A stretch of 48,114 bases of DNA from a phage. Position numbers and translations under genes: made by a program. Positions 30,192 through 38,679 of the stretch are shown in pieces. The notes beneath the pieces are model-generated. The model was not told where the DNA came from and did not search any database. It saw nothing but the letters and a program-made list of their open reading frames with translations. Location of the stretch: sequence record OZ346203.1, one strand, 5' to 3'. Each line of letters opens with the position of its first letter. Within the stretch, counting starts at the first letter, position 1.

Positions 30192-30231
30192 CACTTTTTG
30201 TTAAAACTGGCGCAATGGATTGCGCCATAAT
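30188..30231 (+). promoter_or_regulatory. long-spacer promoter-like module upstream of dam
   Basis: ATAGCAC 30188-30194 (contains stop TAG), TTGTTA 30198-30203, 22-bp spacer with inverted repeat GGCGCAAT/ATTGCGCC, CATAAT 30226-30231, ATG 39 nt downstream. Confidence 0.55.
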
Positions 30232-30270
30232 TCAATAACACGAGATTGCTTTTAATAGCGGAGAAATGAA

Positions 30271-30996
30271 ATGGCTAAAGATATTTTAGATAAAGACACC
30301 CATGACGCATTCGTTAGCTTTGAGCAGTTGGAGAGAGAAACGTTTATAGGGAATGCCCTTGCAACTGGAGGCCATTACCAGGCAGTAAAGCCAAATCAAT
30401 ATTATAAGGTAAGCGGCAACCGATACGCTGGAAGCACCACGCCTGACGTTGTGCGCGATATGTGGAGCACGCCTCAAGAGATCGTGGAGTGGATGGAATC
30501 AGAATTTGGTGAATACGATCTCGACGCGGCAGCAAGCCAGGAAAACGCAGTTTGCGAGAAGTTCTATAGCAAGGAAACAAACTGCTTAAAGCGTTGGTGG
30601 GGTAGCAACAAGCACGTATGGCTTAACCCGCCGTACAGCAACCCAACTCCATTTATCAAGAAAGCAATTGAGCAAATGGAGCACAACAACCAAATTGATG
30701 TTTTGTTGCCAGCCGACAACTCTACAGCATGGTTTTATGAGGCACAGAAAAACGCGGCTGAAATCATCTGGATCACTGGCGAGGTTTACGAAGAGGGTGG
30801 AGTAGAATACTCCCGCACCGGAAGAATAGCCTTTGTGTCTGGATTGACTGGCGAGCCTGTGCAGGGCAACAATAAGGGAAGCGTGATTTTTGTCATGCGC
30901 AAACTTAAAGAAGGCGAGGAGCAGAAAACGCGATACGTTAAGATCAGCGATATTTGCCCTTCTGTAACCGAACGCCGCGCGCGCAAACGGAGCTAA
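30271..30996 (+). CDS. dam: DNA N6-adenine methyltransferase (phage Dam family)
   Basis: 241 aa; catalytic NPPY motif (WLNPPYSN), DLDAAAS SAM-binding-like motif. Confidence 0.8.
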   Translation: MAKDILDKDTHDAFVSFEQLERETFIGNALATGGHYQAVKPNQYYKVSGNRYAGSTTPDVVRDMWSTPQEIVEWMESEFGEYDLDAAASQENAVCEKFYSKETNCLKRWWGSNKHVWLNPPYSNPTPFIKKAIEQMEHNNQIDVLLPADNSTAWFYEAQKNAAEIIWITGEVYEEGGVEYSRTGRIAFVSGLTGEPVQGNNKGSVIFVMRKLKEGEEQKTRYVKISDICPSVTERRARKRS

Positions 30997-31000
30997 CACG

Positions 31001-31258
31001 ATGAAAAAAGAGAGAAGCGTTTATTTAAATGAAACTGGCGAATGGTTGTTATTTCGCGCTATGGTGTGCGATGCACTTGATAAAAATCCTAACGTGAAAA
31101 AGATGATTGATTGCGATCCGTGGGAATTTTCAAGCGCATTAGATATGAGCTTTGAGGAGACAAGAAAACTCCCGCTTGAAAAATGGCACGAACAAATCAG
31201 AAATGACATGCAAGAGTTTGTCGATTCGTGGAATTTTCAGCACGGAATGATCCACTAA
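31001..31258 (+). CDS. hypothetical protein
   Basis: 85 aa; its stop is embedded in the conserved element TAATAGCAC. Confidence 0.5.
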   Translation: MKKERSVYLNETGEWLLFRAMVCDALDKNPNVKKMIDCDPWEFSSALDMSFEETRKLPLEKWHEQIRNDMQEFVDSWNFQHGMIH

Positions 31259-31301
31259 TAGCACTTTTTGTTAAAACGCCCGGCCTAGTGTCGGGCATAA
31301 T
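31258..31301 (+). promoter_or_regulatory. long-spacer promoter-like module upstream of 31334 operon
   Basis: ATAGCAC 31258-31264, TTGTTA 31268-31273, spacer with inverted repeat, CATAAT 31296-31301. Confidence 0.55.
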
Positions 31302-31333
31302 TATTTCAACGAAGCAAACATGAGGAAATAAAA

Positions 31334-31513
31334 ATGGTGGTATTCGATAAACGCGCTTTTAATCTTGCTCAAGAAGTAGCAAAAGGTTCAGTAGAGGGCG
31401 GTTCAAAGGAAGGATTCCAGTTTGATTGGGGCATCGCGATGTTTTTACTGAAAGTTGCATACGGTCACGCGCCAATTGAACAAGCGGAGACATATTATAA
31501 GCATGAAGGTTGA
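31334..31513 (+). CDS. hypothetical small protein (below the ORF-track length cutoff)
   Basis: 59 aa; GAGGAA RBS; 32 nt downstream of promoter-like element 31258-31301; ATGA-coupled to the next gene. Confidence 0.5.
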   Translation: MVVFDKRAFNLAQEVAKGSVEGGSKEGFQFDWGIAMFLLKVAYGHAPIEQAETYYKHEG

Positions 31514-31745
31514 GCAAGGAAGAGATGCAGTATGGAATCACGCTAAAGAATGCGGAATAGCCGACGATATAAAGAAGATCGCGCAATACTTTGATATTGC
31601 AGATGTGAGCATAATTAGCGGCGACAAGATGACTTTCCTCAAGGAAAGGCCGCGAAAAATGGTAAGAGTTCCAGCAGTTCCAACAAAAATTGATTTCAAA
31701 GAGGCAATGGCTAAAATCCGAGAGCCTCGCAAATATTATAAATGA
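31503..31745 (+). CDS. hypothetical protein
   Basis: 80 aa from ATG 31503 (internal Met of track ORF 31455-31745), coupled to upstream stop. Confidence 0.45.
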   Translation: MKVEQGRDAVWNHAKECGIADDIKKIAQYFDIADVSIISGDKMTFLKERPRKMVRVPAVPTKIDFKEAMAKIREPRKYYK

Positions 31746-31839
31746 GGATAGTTATCATGTGGCGCTTGTTTGTTCTACCGTTACCCGTTATCATCGCTGT
31801 TACAGTTATGTACCATATAGTGATGAGATAGGTAGCAGA

Positions 31840-32955
31840 ATGAAAAATGTAAAAATTACAGATGAGCAATTCAAGATCGAACGGGCGGCAGGTAAGACAT
31901 ATAAACAGATCGCTCAAGAGTACGGAATGAATGTGAGAAGCGTCGAGCGTCGCGCGGCGCGTCTTGCAAAGCAAGGGCAGTTATCGACCATCGGGGCGCC
32001 TGGTTTTGGTGTTCATGGTGAGTCAGTAATGACTGACAAAGAAGGAAATATAATCCTCAAGTGGACCAAAACCAGCAAGGATAAAGAGCAATTAGAGGCA
32101 CTGATGCGCGCAGCAATGGAGGCATTTAGCGAGGAAGTGCCGCGATTAGATCCAGTTCCATTGCAGGAGCGTAACTATAATGAAACGCTTTCATTGTATC
32201 CGATCTTTGACATGCACTTAGGCGCTATGGCCCATAAGCACGAATGCGGCGAAAATTGGGATACTGCGACGGCAGAGCGCGTTATGAATAACTTTATCGA
32301 CTATGCTTTGATGTGCGCACCGGACAGCGAAAAGGCTGTTATCCTGATTGGTGGCGATATGCTGCATAGCGACGGCCTGGAGGCGGTGACACCTGCAAGC
32401 GGTCACGTACTTGATCAAGATAGCCGATATGCAAAATTGGTTTACGTTGCAATACGTGCAGTGCGCCGCGCAATTAATAAAATGCTGTTAAAGCATAAAC
32501 ATGTTGAGGTCCAGGTCGTAGAGGGTAATCACGACCAATCAGGAATGATTTGGCTACGCGCAGCAATGGCGGCAGCATATGAGAACGAGCCGCGCGTTTA
32601 CGTTGATGTTTCTCCTCGCGTTGTTCACCACACGCAATACGGAAAAACTTTCCTTGCGTACCATCACGGGCACACAGTGCGCAAACCTGAGACTTTGCTA
32701 ATGATGTGCGCGTCAGATTGGCGGGAGGACTTCGGAAACTCAAAAACTATGTATGCGCACGTAGGGCACTGGCATCACCAGACTGTGACGGAAACGTCGC
32801 TTGGCATCGTTGAGGTGCATAGCACCCTGGCGGCAAAAGACGCATACGCCGCGCGCGGTGGCTGGAGATCTCGACGCCGTGCAGCGGTTATCATTTACGA
32901 CAAAGAGCATGGAGAAGTGGGGCGATTTGTTCACTATCCAGAAATGATGAATTGA
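31840..32955 (+). CDS. metallophosphoesterase (Mre11/SbcD-like motifs) with N-terminal HTH-like domain
   Basis: about 371 aa from ATG 31840 (31847 alternative); motifs DMHLG, GGDMLHSDG, GNHDQ, HHGH, GHWHH; N-terminal HTH-like stretch. Confidence 0.5.
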   Translation: MKNVKITDEQFKIERAAGKTYKQIAQEYGMNVRSVERRAARLAKQGQLSTIGAPGFGVHGESVMTDKEGNIILKWTKTSKDKEQLEALMRAAMEAFSEEVPRLDPVPLQERNYNETLSLYPIFDMHLGAMAHKHECGENWDTATAERVMNNFIDYALMCAPDSEKAVILIGGDMLHSDGLEAVTPASGHVLDQDSRYAKLVYVAIRAVRRAINKMLLKHKHVEVQVVEGNHDQSGMIWLRAAMAAAYENEPRVYVDVSPRVVHHTQYGKTFLAYHHGHTVRKPETLLMMCASDWREDFGNSKTMYAHVGHWHHQTVTETSLGIVEVHSTLAAKDAYAARGGWRSRRRAAVIIYDKEHGEVGRFVHYPEMMN

Positions 32956-33002
32956 TGAATTTTTATTTAAATCAATGACAAATTAAATCAAAAACTTGCA
33001 AA

Positions 33003-33030
33003 GGGGCGGCGTTTGTCGCCTCTTTTTTTT
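33003..33030 (+). terminator. putative terminator after metallophosphoesterase gene
   Basis: imperfect GC hairpin (G-U wobbles) plus T8. Confidence 0.45.
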
Positions 33031-33100
33031 GTTTAATTTTTTACCATGTAAGTTTATCATTCGGTCAATATATTGACTTTAATTAATATGGAGAATAAAA

Positions 33101-33316
33101 ATGAAAGATTTTATTAACGCAGCTACCGCCGGATCTGGCGGTTCATCTATCGCAAGCGCAGCTACAGGGCAGTTAACCATTGCTATTGCCAGCTTTGTTT
33201 TAATGGCTGCATTCGGTGCATGGGGCGCTTACCTTCGCTGGCGTGATAGTAAAAAATTCCACGAGGCGATCGAAAAAGGTGATATTCAAAAAGCTATTGA
33301 AATCAGGGGCAAGTAA
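33101..33316 (+). CDS. holin (putative)
   Basis: 71 aa; one strong TMD, charged C-terminus; immediately upstream of lysozyme. Confidence 0.65.
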   Translation: MKDFINAATAGSGGSSIASAATGQLTIAIASFVLMAAFGAWGAYLRWRDSKKFHEAIEKGDIQKAIEIRGK

Positions 33317-33807
33317 TGAGCATAAAGAACAAGGTAGCGGCTGCGGCCTTTGGCGTTGCGGTTGCCTTGACTTCTCCACTTCTTGAAGAGATCGAAGGGG
33401 TAAGATACAAGCCATACAAAGATATTGCGGGAGTATGGACTGTTTGCGCAGGAATAACCGGACCAGATGTTATCCTGGGGAAAACGTACACTAAAAAAGA
33501 GTGTGATGCTTTGTTGGCTAAACATATCCAGGTTGCTAAAAAAGAAGTTGACAAGCAAGTTAAGGTTGACATTCCTGATAGTATGCGTGCAGCAATGTAC
33601 TCATTCACTTATAATGCAGGAGTTGGAGCTTTCAGAAATTCAACAATGCTGAAACTCATCAACCAGGGGAAATTAAACGAGGCTTGCGATCAGCTTTATC
33701 GTTGGACGTATTACCATAACCCCAAAACAGGAAAGCGCGAGAAGTCTAAAGGCTTACTTAACAGGCGCAAGGTCGAATACAAATATTGCACAATGGATCT
33801 GAAATGA
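33316..33807 (+). CDS. endolysin (lysozyme, GH24-like)
   Basis: 163 aa; N-terminal [10 protein letters not shown]...[10 protein letters not shown] catalytic region typical of lambda R/T4 E-type lysozymes. Confidence 0.85.
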   Translation: MSIKNKVAAAAFGVAVALTSPLLEEIEGVRYKPYKDIAGVWTVCAGITGPDVILGKTYTKKECDALLAKHIQVAKKEVDKQVKVDIPDSMRAAMYSFTYNAGVGAFRNSTMLKLINQGKLNEACDQLYRWTYYHNPKTGKREKSKGLLNRRKVEYKYCTMDLK

Positions 33808-34199
33808 TGAAGAAATTTTTACTTACACCAATCGCAATGGCGGTGATCTTGTCTGGATGTTCAAGCGTTACGCCACTGACCGGATTAATCGGCAGTAAGC
33901 CGGAAATAACAGCACAGGCTGGCGCGGAGAACGTGAAGCAGACAGTTGGCATTACAGCAAAGCAGGACGCCAGCACAAAACAGAAAACCACAATAAAGGA
34001 ATCTGCGGTTGACAAGGTGGACACGTCCAGCAAGAAGGATTTCACAACATCAACCATTCAGGCCAATACCATCAAGGCAGACAAAATTCAGGTCGTGCAG
34101 GGTAATAACGGCAGATGGTACGATCCAGTAATCATATGCGTGGTTGTGTTAATTGTGCTGATTTGTCTTTACTGGAGAGAAAAGAAAAAGGAGGCTTAA
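33804..34199 (+). CDS. unimolecular spanin (u-spanin, T1 gp11-like)
   Basis: 131 aa from ATG 33804; N-terminal lipoprotein signal (ILSGCSS) plus C-terminal TMD ([16 protein letters not shown]); last lysis-cassette gene. Confidence 0.7.
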   Translation: MMKKFLLTPIAMAVILSGCSSVTPLTGLIGSKPEITAQAGAENVKQTVGITAKQDASTKQKTTIKESAVDKVDTSSKKDFTTSTIQANTIKADKIQVVQGNNGRWYDPVIICVVVLIVLICLYWREKKKEA

Positions 34200-34218
34200 T
34201 GCCTCCTTTATTTTTATG
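34181..34218. terminator. bidirectional terminator between spanin and minus-strand gene 34214-34438
   Basis: GGAGGC/GCCTCC hairpin with A-run upstream and T-run downstream. Confidence 0.55.
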
Positions 34219-34438
34219 CGTCGGGCCACATATGAGTTTCGTTTGTTGGCTTGTTCGATTCGTCGTACTGCCTTACTTCAATGCTGAAAGTGTCGCCGTA
34301 CAGTTCTGCAATCTTGCGCTCATTTTCAACCGCCGATTGCTCACTCCATCCAAAATCCCTGTCGTAAATTGTCGGGATTTCAGCAGAAGATCCGTTGTCA
34401 TGATTATATACGCGAACTACTAAAAACTTGCTGGACAT
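34214..34438 (-). CDS. hypothetical protein
   Basis: 74 aa; own copy of the promoter-like element upstream (34475-34518). Confidence 0.5.
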   Translation of the reverse strand: MSSKFLVVRVYNHDNGSSAEIPTIYDRDFGWSEQSAVENERKIAELYGDTFSIEVRQYDESNKPTNETHMWPDA

Positions 34439-34474
34439 AATTTTACCTTTTGGTTGTTTCGTTTCGATGAAACA

Positions 34475-34518
34475 AATATACCCGACACTAGGCCGGGCGT
34501 TTTAACAAAAAATGCTAT
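34475..34518 (-). promoter_or_regulatory. long-spacer promoter-like module upstream of 34438 gene
   Basis: minus-strand ATAGCAT-TTT-TTGTTA, 22 bp, TATATT; shares an identical 31-nt stretch with the 31258 copy. Confidence 0.55.
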
Positions 34519-34635
34519 TCCATACGCTTTACCGTAACCAGTAATACACCATCATCATTGCATAAAACATGTTCAGTGGTGCTAAAAGCGCGCATATCTG
34601 AATAAAGTAGCGTAAGTAAAGCATGAATAAAATCC

Positions 34636-35031
34636 TCATGTGATATTGAATTTACGGCGCAGTGCTTCAAGATCTTGTCTATTAGCTTTTGCCTGGAACA
34701 ATTCATCATCGCCCATCTCCCCTATTCTCGCCATATCCCTGATCCAGTCGTTGCGCATACCATCCAGGCTATACAATTCGAATCCGAAAGGCCGCTTTGA
34801 CGATCCTTTGGACCAGTATTTTCCGCAGACCCCATCTATATAACCAGCCGTCATCATTCTTGCGCAAAATTCCTTAGATGCAAGGCTGGCGAACATTCGC
34901 GGCGTAAGTCCGGCGGCCCGTGCGAGCCGCTCACATTCTCTATGCTGATAGATAAATTTGGCTATGTGCTGCCTGTTAAACCAGTCGTATGACTCACACC
35001 ATTTATACAGATCAAGCAAAAACATAATCAT
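34636..35031 (-). CDS. hypothetical protein
   Basis: 131 aa; ATGA start overlap with stop of the 526-aa gene. Confidence 0.45.
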   Translation of the reverse strand: MIMFLLDLYKWCESYDWFNRQHIAKFIYQHRECERLARAAGLTPRMFASLASKEFCARMMTAGYIDGVCGKYWSKGSSKRPFGFELYSLDGMRNDWIRDMARIGEMGDDELFQAKANRQDLEALRRKFNIT

Positions 35032-36608
35032 CCCAGCAGTATTGGATTGACAAAAATAACACCATTAATCACACAAACATAATTTCTTTCTTCCAGCATT
35101 GGCAGCAAGTGCCCTTCTATCCTCTTCATTACGCCAGCCTGACCAACGAAAGGTTTTACCTTTCTCGCCGATTCGTACAGGGCGCGAATATTCAGGATAC
35201 CTTTGTTAGCCTTGCCGTGCCTCGTGATCAATTCAATCAATTTACCCATTTCAGCATCATCACCAGCATAACCAGAAGCATTGGCGGCGCTAATGTATGT
35301 TTTGCTCAATTCCTGAAACATGATCAACGCCTCTTGCATTGTTTCCACGTCGATCTCTTTCGACTTCTGCGGGTATCCGGCAGGATTAAACCAGTTACGG
35401 ATAACATGCAGGACGGAAGCAAGCCTGATCACCTGTTTATCCATTTTACCCAGCGCACCGCGTAACATTGTATGAGAATACTTTCCGCCGTCTGCAAGAT
35501 GCGGTTCCATATCCTGGCGAGCAATGTTGAGCACTCGCATAGCTGAGCGGCTTATTTTCAGCGATATATTTGATTCGCTCATGATGTTATGCACCAATTG
35601 ATAATATTGGGCTTTCAATTCAGAATCCACCGCCTCATAGGTAGAATCACCATTTTCATCAATGAATGAGCGACGGCCTAAGAATGATTCTTCGCGGACC
35701 AACAAAAAGCGCTCACTCACACCGATACCGCGCGATCCAGCGTCCATGATACCGCTTATCGTTTCATCCTGTGCTATAACGCTCATGCATCCAAGCGCGC
35801 GAAAACTCATATTATTGTCAGCATTAGCACGGGCAATTGATACGTGACCATTATCCCACGCCTTAAGCACTAGCTCACTGTTAGTCTTCCTTTCGCTATT
35901 TGCATAGGTCAAGCCTAACAGGCTATTAATACTTGTTGCTTCGTCAGATATTACGGCAAAGTTACCTTGCTTGTTGTTGATTTTCGCCAAGCCTTCTGGA
36001 GTTGTATCTGAAACAGGAAAAGTTATATCACACATTTTTTCCAGCTTTTCCTCCAGATCCTCTTTTTCCTGGTATAGAGATTCCATATCAGCGCCGGATC
36101 TTTCGCTTTTCATCTCCTTTGCAAGACCTGCCAGCTTTGCCTGTATTTTCTTTCTTTCCTTGCGGCGTTGCTCGTTGATCTTCTCAACTTCCGCAATCAT
36201 CGGAGCAATAGCCATACTGTTGATCGCAGATTTACCAGTTGACGGCGGCTGGCTTGTAACGACGTAAAGCGCAGTCGGCTGATCGGTTCCGTGATAGTCA
36301 ACCGTAAAGCGTCCAAGCATAGCGGCAGAAATGCAGCCGATAAAGTGCATGTAAGCCGATGATTCAGGGAATTGAACGGATCGCGCAATGCTGCGTGATA
36401 ACTTGCCTACAACATCAATATCATTACCAAGAGAAATAACGGGGTAGCGATCGTGACCGCTATTCACATCCTTTACGTCGCCCCAAAAGCTGGACGACTG
36501 GCGATAGCCGTTAGCCTGAATTGATACGCGAACTGGCGAAAGGTTCTGGCTTTCAGCCATAGCGATTATTTGCTGTGGAGTTAATTTGTTCGTTTCTAAT
36601 GAAAACAT
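35028..36608 (-). CDS. large early protein, putative replication-associated ATPase (DUF3987-like?)
   Basis: 526 aa; AGGAG RBS; P-loop-like QPPSTGKSA; first gene behind promoter-like element 36637-36680. Confidence 0.35.
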   Translation of the reverse strand: MFSLETNKLTPQQIIAMAESQNLSPVRVSIQANGYRQSSSFWGDVKDVNSGHDRYPVISLGNDIDVVGKLSRSIARSVQFPESSAYMHFIGCISAAMLGRFTVDYHGTDQPTALYVVTSQPPSTGKSAINSMAIAPMIAEVEKINEQRRKERKKIQAKLAGLAKEMKSERSGADMESLYQEKEDLEEKLEKMCDITFPVSDTTPEGLAKINNKQGNFAVISDEATSINSLLGLTYANSERKTNSELVLKAWDNGHVSIARANADNNMSFRALGCMSVIAQDETISGIMDAGSRGIGVSERFLLVREESFLGRRSFIDENGDSTYEAVDSELKAQYYQLVHNIMSESNISLKISRSAMRVLNIARQDMEPHLADGGKYSHTMLRGALGKMDKQVIRLASVLHVIRNWFNPAGYPQKSKEIDVETMQEALIMFQELSKTYISAANASGYAGDDAEMGKLIELITRHGKANKGILNIRALYESARKVKPFVGQAGVMKRIEGHLLPMLEERNYVCVINGVIFVNPILLG

Positions 36609-36636
36609 TCGTTAGCTTCTCCTTTGTGGGCCGTAA

Positions 36637-36680
36637 ATTTTAACGGCCCAATACTACCCCGTTTTGTCAAAAAGTGCTAT
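36637..36680 (-). promoter_or_regulatory. long-spacer promoter-like module upstream of the 526-aa gene
   Basis: ATAGCAC-TTT-TTGACA, 22-bp spacer containing hairpin GGGCCGT/ACGGCCC, TAAAAT. Confidence 0.5.
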
Positions 36681-36898
36681 TTGATCCGCTCTATTGCAAC
36701 CAGAAGTCGATCAGGCTGGCGGTCGCTGTAGCATTCTCCTGTAATCCCATCCTTAAACGTAAAGTAAAGCGCCTTATGATATGAAAAACCAATCAGCCAA
36801 CCTACCGCCGTTTTTTTGATGGGCCTGACTATATCGCCAGGCTTGAAAGTCTTTGTGGTAGAATGCGTTACTTTGTAACGGTTTTCACTGTTTATCAC
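36677..36898 (-). CDS. hypothetical protein
   Basis: 73 aa; GTG start overlapping upstream stop (GTGA); no internal Met. Confidence 0.4.
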   Translation of the reverse strand: MINSENRYKVTHSTTKTFKPGDIVRPIKKTAVGWLIGFSYHKALYFTFKDGITGECYSDRQPDRLLVAIERIK

Positions 36899-37281
36899 AG
36901 ATATTTTCCCTCAAAAAGATAACAGCCGCCAGCAGAGAATCCGACCTCTTCACGGTACAGGTTCCAGCGGTCGCCGCACTCATCAAAAACATAACCCGCA
37001 ACGCTTCCAAGCGGTCGCCCTTTCTCGATCTGGTATCGCTTGCCCTGCTTAAAGTGCTTTTTGCACGGCATGTTATGATCTACAAACGTGCAAAGAACGG
37101 TTTTTGTGTTAATGGCGCGGTAATCATCTCGGTTTGCTGGAAGCCAGCGGCTACCCTTAACAAGCGTCTTAACTTGGAACTCTTCCACCTCGATCACATC
37201 ATTACTTCCTGCAATCTTCTGATAAACCGTTTTAAAACGGCCTTTCATCAATACGTTGGTTTCATTACAGATAACATTCAT
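36895..37281 (-). CDS. hypothetical protein
   Basis: 128 aa; AGGAG RBS; downstream of promoter-like element 37311-37354. Confidence 0.5.
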   Translation of the reverse strand: MNVICNETNVLMKGRFKTVYQKIAGSNDVIEVEEFQVKTLVKGSRWLPANRDDYRAINTKTVLCTFVDHNMPCKKHFKQGKRYQIEKGRPLGSVAGYVFDECGDRWNLYREEVGFSAGGCYLFEGKYL

Positions 37282-37310
37282 GATCAGATCTCCTTTGTTT
37301 GTTCGATGTG

Positions 37311-37354
37311 ATTATGCCAGGTTTTTACACCTGGCTTTTAACAAAAAGTGCTAT
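37311..37354 (-). promoter_or_regulatory. long-spacer promoter-like module upstream of 37281 gene
   Basis: ATAGCAC-TTT-TTGTTA, 22-bp spacer with hairpin CCAGGTG/CACCTGG, CATAAT. Confidence 0.55.
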
Positions 37355-38061
37355 TTTGAGTTTGACTCAAAGACGGCGCGAGCAAAGCCGCGCGGAGTGA
37401 GGGAGCGGATCATCTTTGTGCGCGATGACTTGCCGCCAGTTTTGGCCCATCCTGGATTATCTTTGTCTTCCTCTTTCGGCAGGATTAAAGCGCGTGGAGG
37501 AATAACAAAGCCGTTGCCAGTCCAGAGGCACGTTTTCTTAAAGTAGCGATCCCGCGCCGGAATAATATCAGGGAAGTCGGGATGTTTATCATCTTCCGGC
37601 AGATAGCCAGCGTAATCGCACGGATGGAACGTATAATCAGGCTTTCGCCATAACGTTGACAACTTGCCAACCGGATTTTCGATCATGTAAGGAACACCGA
37701 AATAATCAGCTATATCAGCCGCGATCCTGCAAGTGTCGGCGGCCTCATCCTGGAACGATGGATTCTCAAGGCGTTTTTTGGCCCAATGGCGAGATCCGCT
37801 ATTTGCAAGGTCGGTGCATGGTGGAAATGCCATAATAAAGTCAGGAATGCCCCATTCCTCCCAGCGCGCGCGGTGGTAAAATCTTTCATCAATCCAGACG
37901 TTAACGTATTCGATATTCTCATGCTGTATGCGCACTGACTGGTAATCACCGTGATCGCCGCCGTCAGCATTAAAGCAAATGCACTTATAGCCATTATCAG
38001 CCCAATCTTTAACGGCTTTACCAGATCCATCAAATAGGGAGAATATTAAACCTTTATACAT
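37351..38061 (-). CDS. putative DNA (cytosine-5) methyltransferase-like protein
   Basis: 236 aa from ATG 38061 with GAGGT RBS (track start 38130 overlaps the upstream gene); motifs in C5-MTase order: FSLFDGSG, FPPCTDLANSG, ENPVG. Confidence 0.45.
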   Translation of the reverse strand: MYKGLIFSLFDGSGKAVKDWADNGYKCICFNADGGDHGDYQSVRIQHENIEYVNVWIDERFYHRARWEEWGIPDFIMAFPPCTDLANSGSRHWAKKRLENPSFQDEAADTCRIAADIADYFGVPYMIENPVGKLSTLWRKPDYTFHPCDYAGYLPEDDKHPDFPDIIPARDRYFKKTCLWTGNGFVIPPRALILPKEEDKDNPGWAKTGGKSSRTKMIRSLTPRGFARAVFESNSK

Positions 38062-38071
38062 CGTAATTACC

Positions 38072-38296
38072 TCAAAACGGAAAACAGCGCGCACAACCAG
38101 GATCGAAATCGCATCCACAATCATTAACAATCATGGTGGGATCTGCAAATATTGCGCTTGATTCAAGATCCATATCCATATCACCTAAAGCCTCATCAAG
38201 AGTCTTAATTTTATATGCCACTTCAAGCGCTGCCTCTTTATTTAGTCCGGCATCTTCTGCCATTTGAAGGCGTTCAAAAAATCCGTCTTGACTCAT
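38072..38296 (-). CDS. hypothetical acidic protein with C-terminal Cys cluster
   Basis: 74 aa; strongly acidic; CGCDFDPGCARC motif. Confidence 0.5.
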   Translation of the reverse strand: MSQDGFFERLQMAEDAGLNKEAALEVAYKIKTLDEALGDMDMDLESSAIFADPTMIVNDCGCDFDPGCARCFPF

Positions 38297-38409
38297 CGCA
38301 TAATCTCCTTAATAACAACCAAGATAATAGCCAGGCCAGCAGCAGTAACCAAAAAGCCAGCCGCGCCAATAATCGAATAAAAAAAGAAATCAATAGCTTT
38401 ATCCATCAT
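38293..38409 (-). CDS. small hydrophobic membrane protein (below the ORF-track length cutoff)
   Basis: 38 aa MMDKAIDFFFYSIIGAAGFLVTAAGLAIILVVIKEIMR; GAGGTG RBS; stop overlaps next start (ATGCGATGA). Confidence 0.45.
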   Translation of the reverse strand: MMDKAIDFFFYSIIGAAGFLVTAAGLAIILVVIKEIMR

Positions 38410-38451
38410 TTTTCACCTCATTTAAAAGGCGGCAAAACGCCGCCAGATTAA

Positions 38452-38679
38452 TTAAAGAGCGCGCCAACTTTGAATATAGAAAGCGTTTTCTTCCAGTAAT
38501 TCTTTTACCTGATCTTTATTGTATTTGCGCACCTTGCCGCCTGGATGGATGCCAATAAGATAGCCGCCTTTGCCCTCGGTGATAGTGATTTGGCTAATTC
38601 CGCAAGACTTATCAAGTTTTACAGCCACGCGGTGATGAGCGTCAATAGTTGCCATAATGTTTAAAACTTTTGCTTTCAT
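38452..38679 (-). CDS. hypothetical protein
   Basis: 75 aa; followed by a hairpin at about 38428-38444. Confidence 0.5.
   Translation of the reverse strand: MKAKVLNIMATIDAHHRVAVKLDKSCGISQITITEGKGGYLIGIHPGGKVRKYNKDQVKELLEENAFYIQSWRAL

Noticed and set aside
38215-38451. 78-aa plus-strand ORF with N/Q/S-rich product
   Set aside because: Antisense to two coupled minus-strand genes (38072-38296 and 38293-38409) that have RBSs and operon context; low-complexity product.
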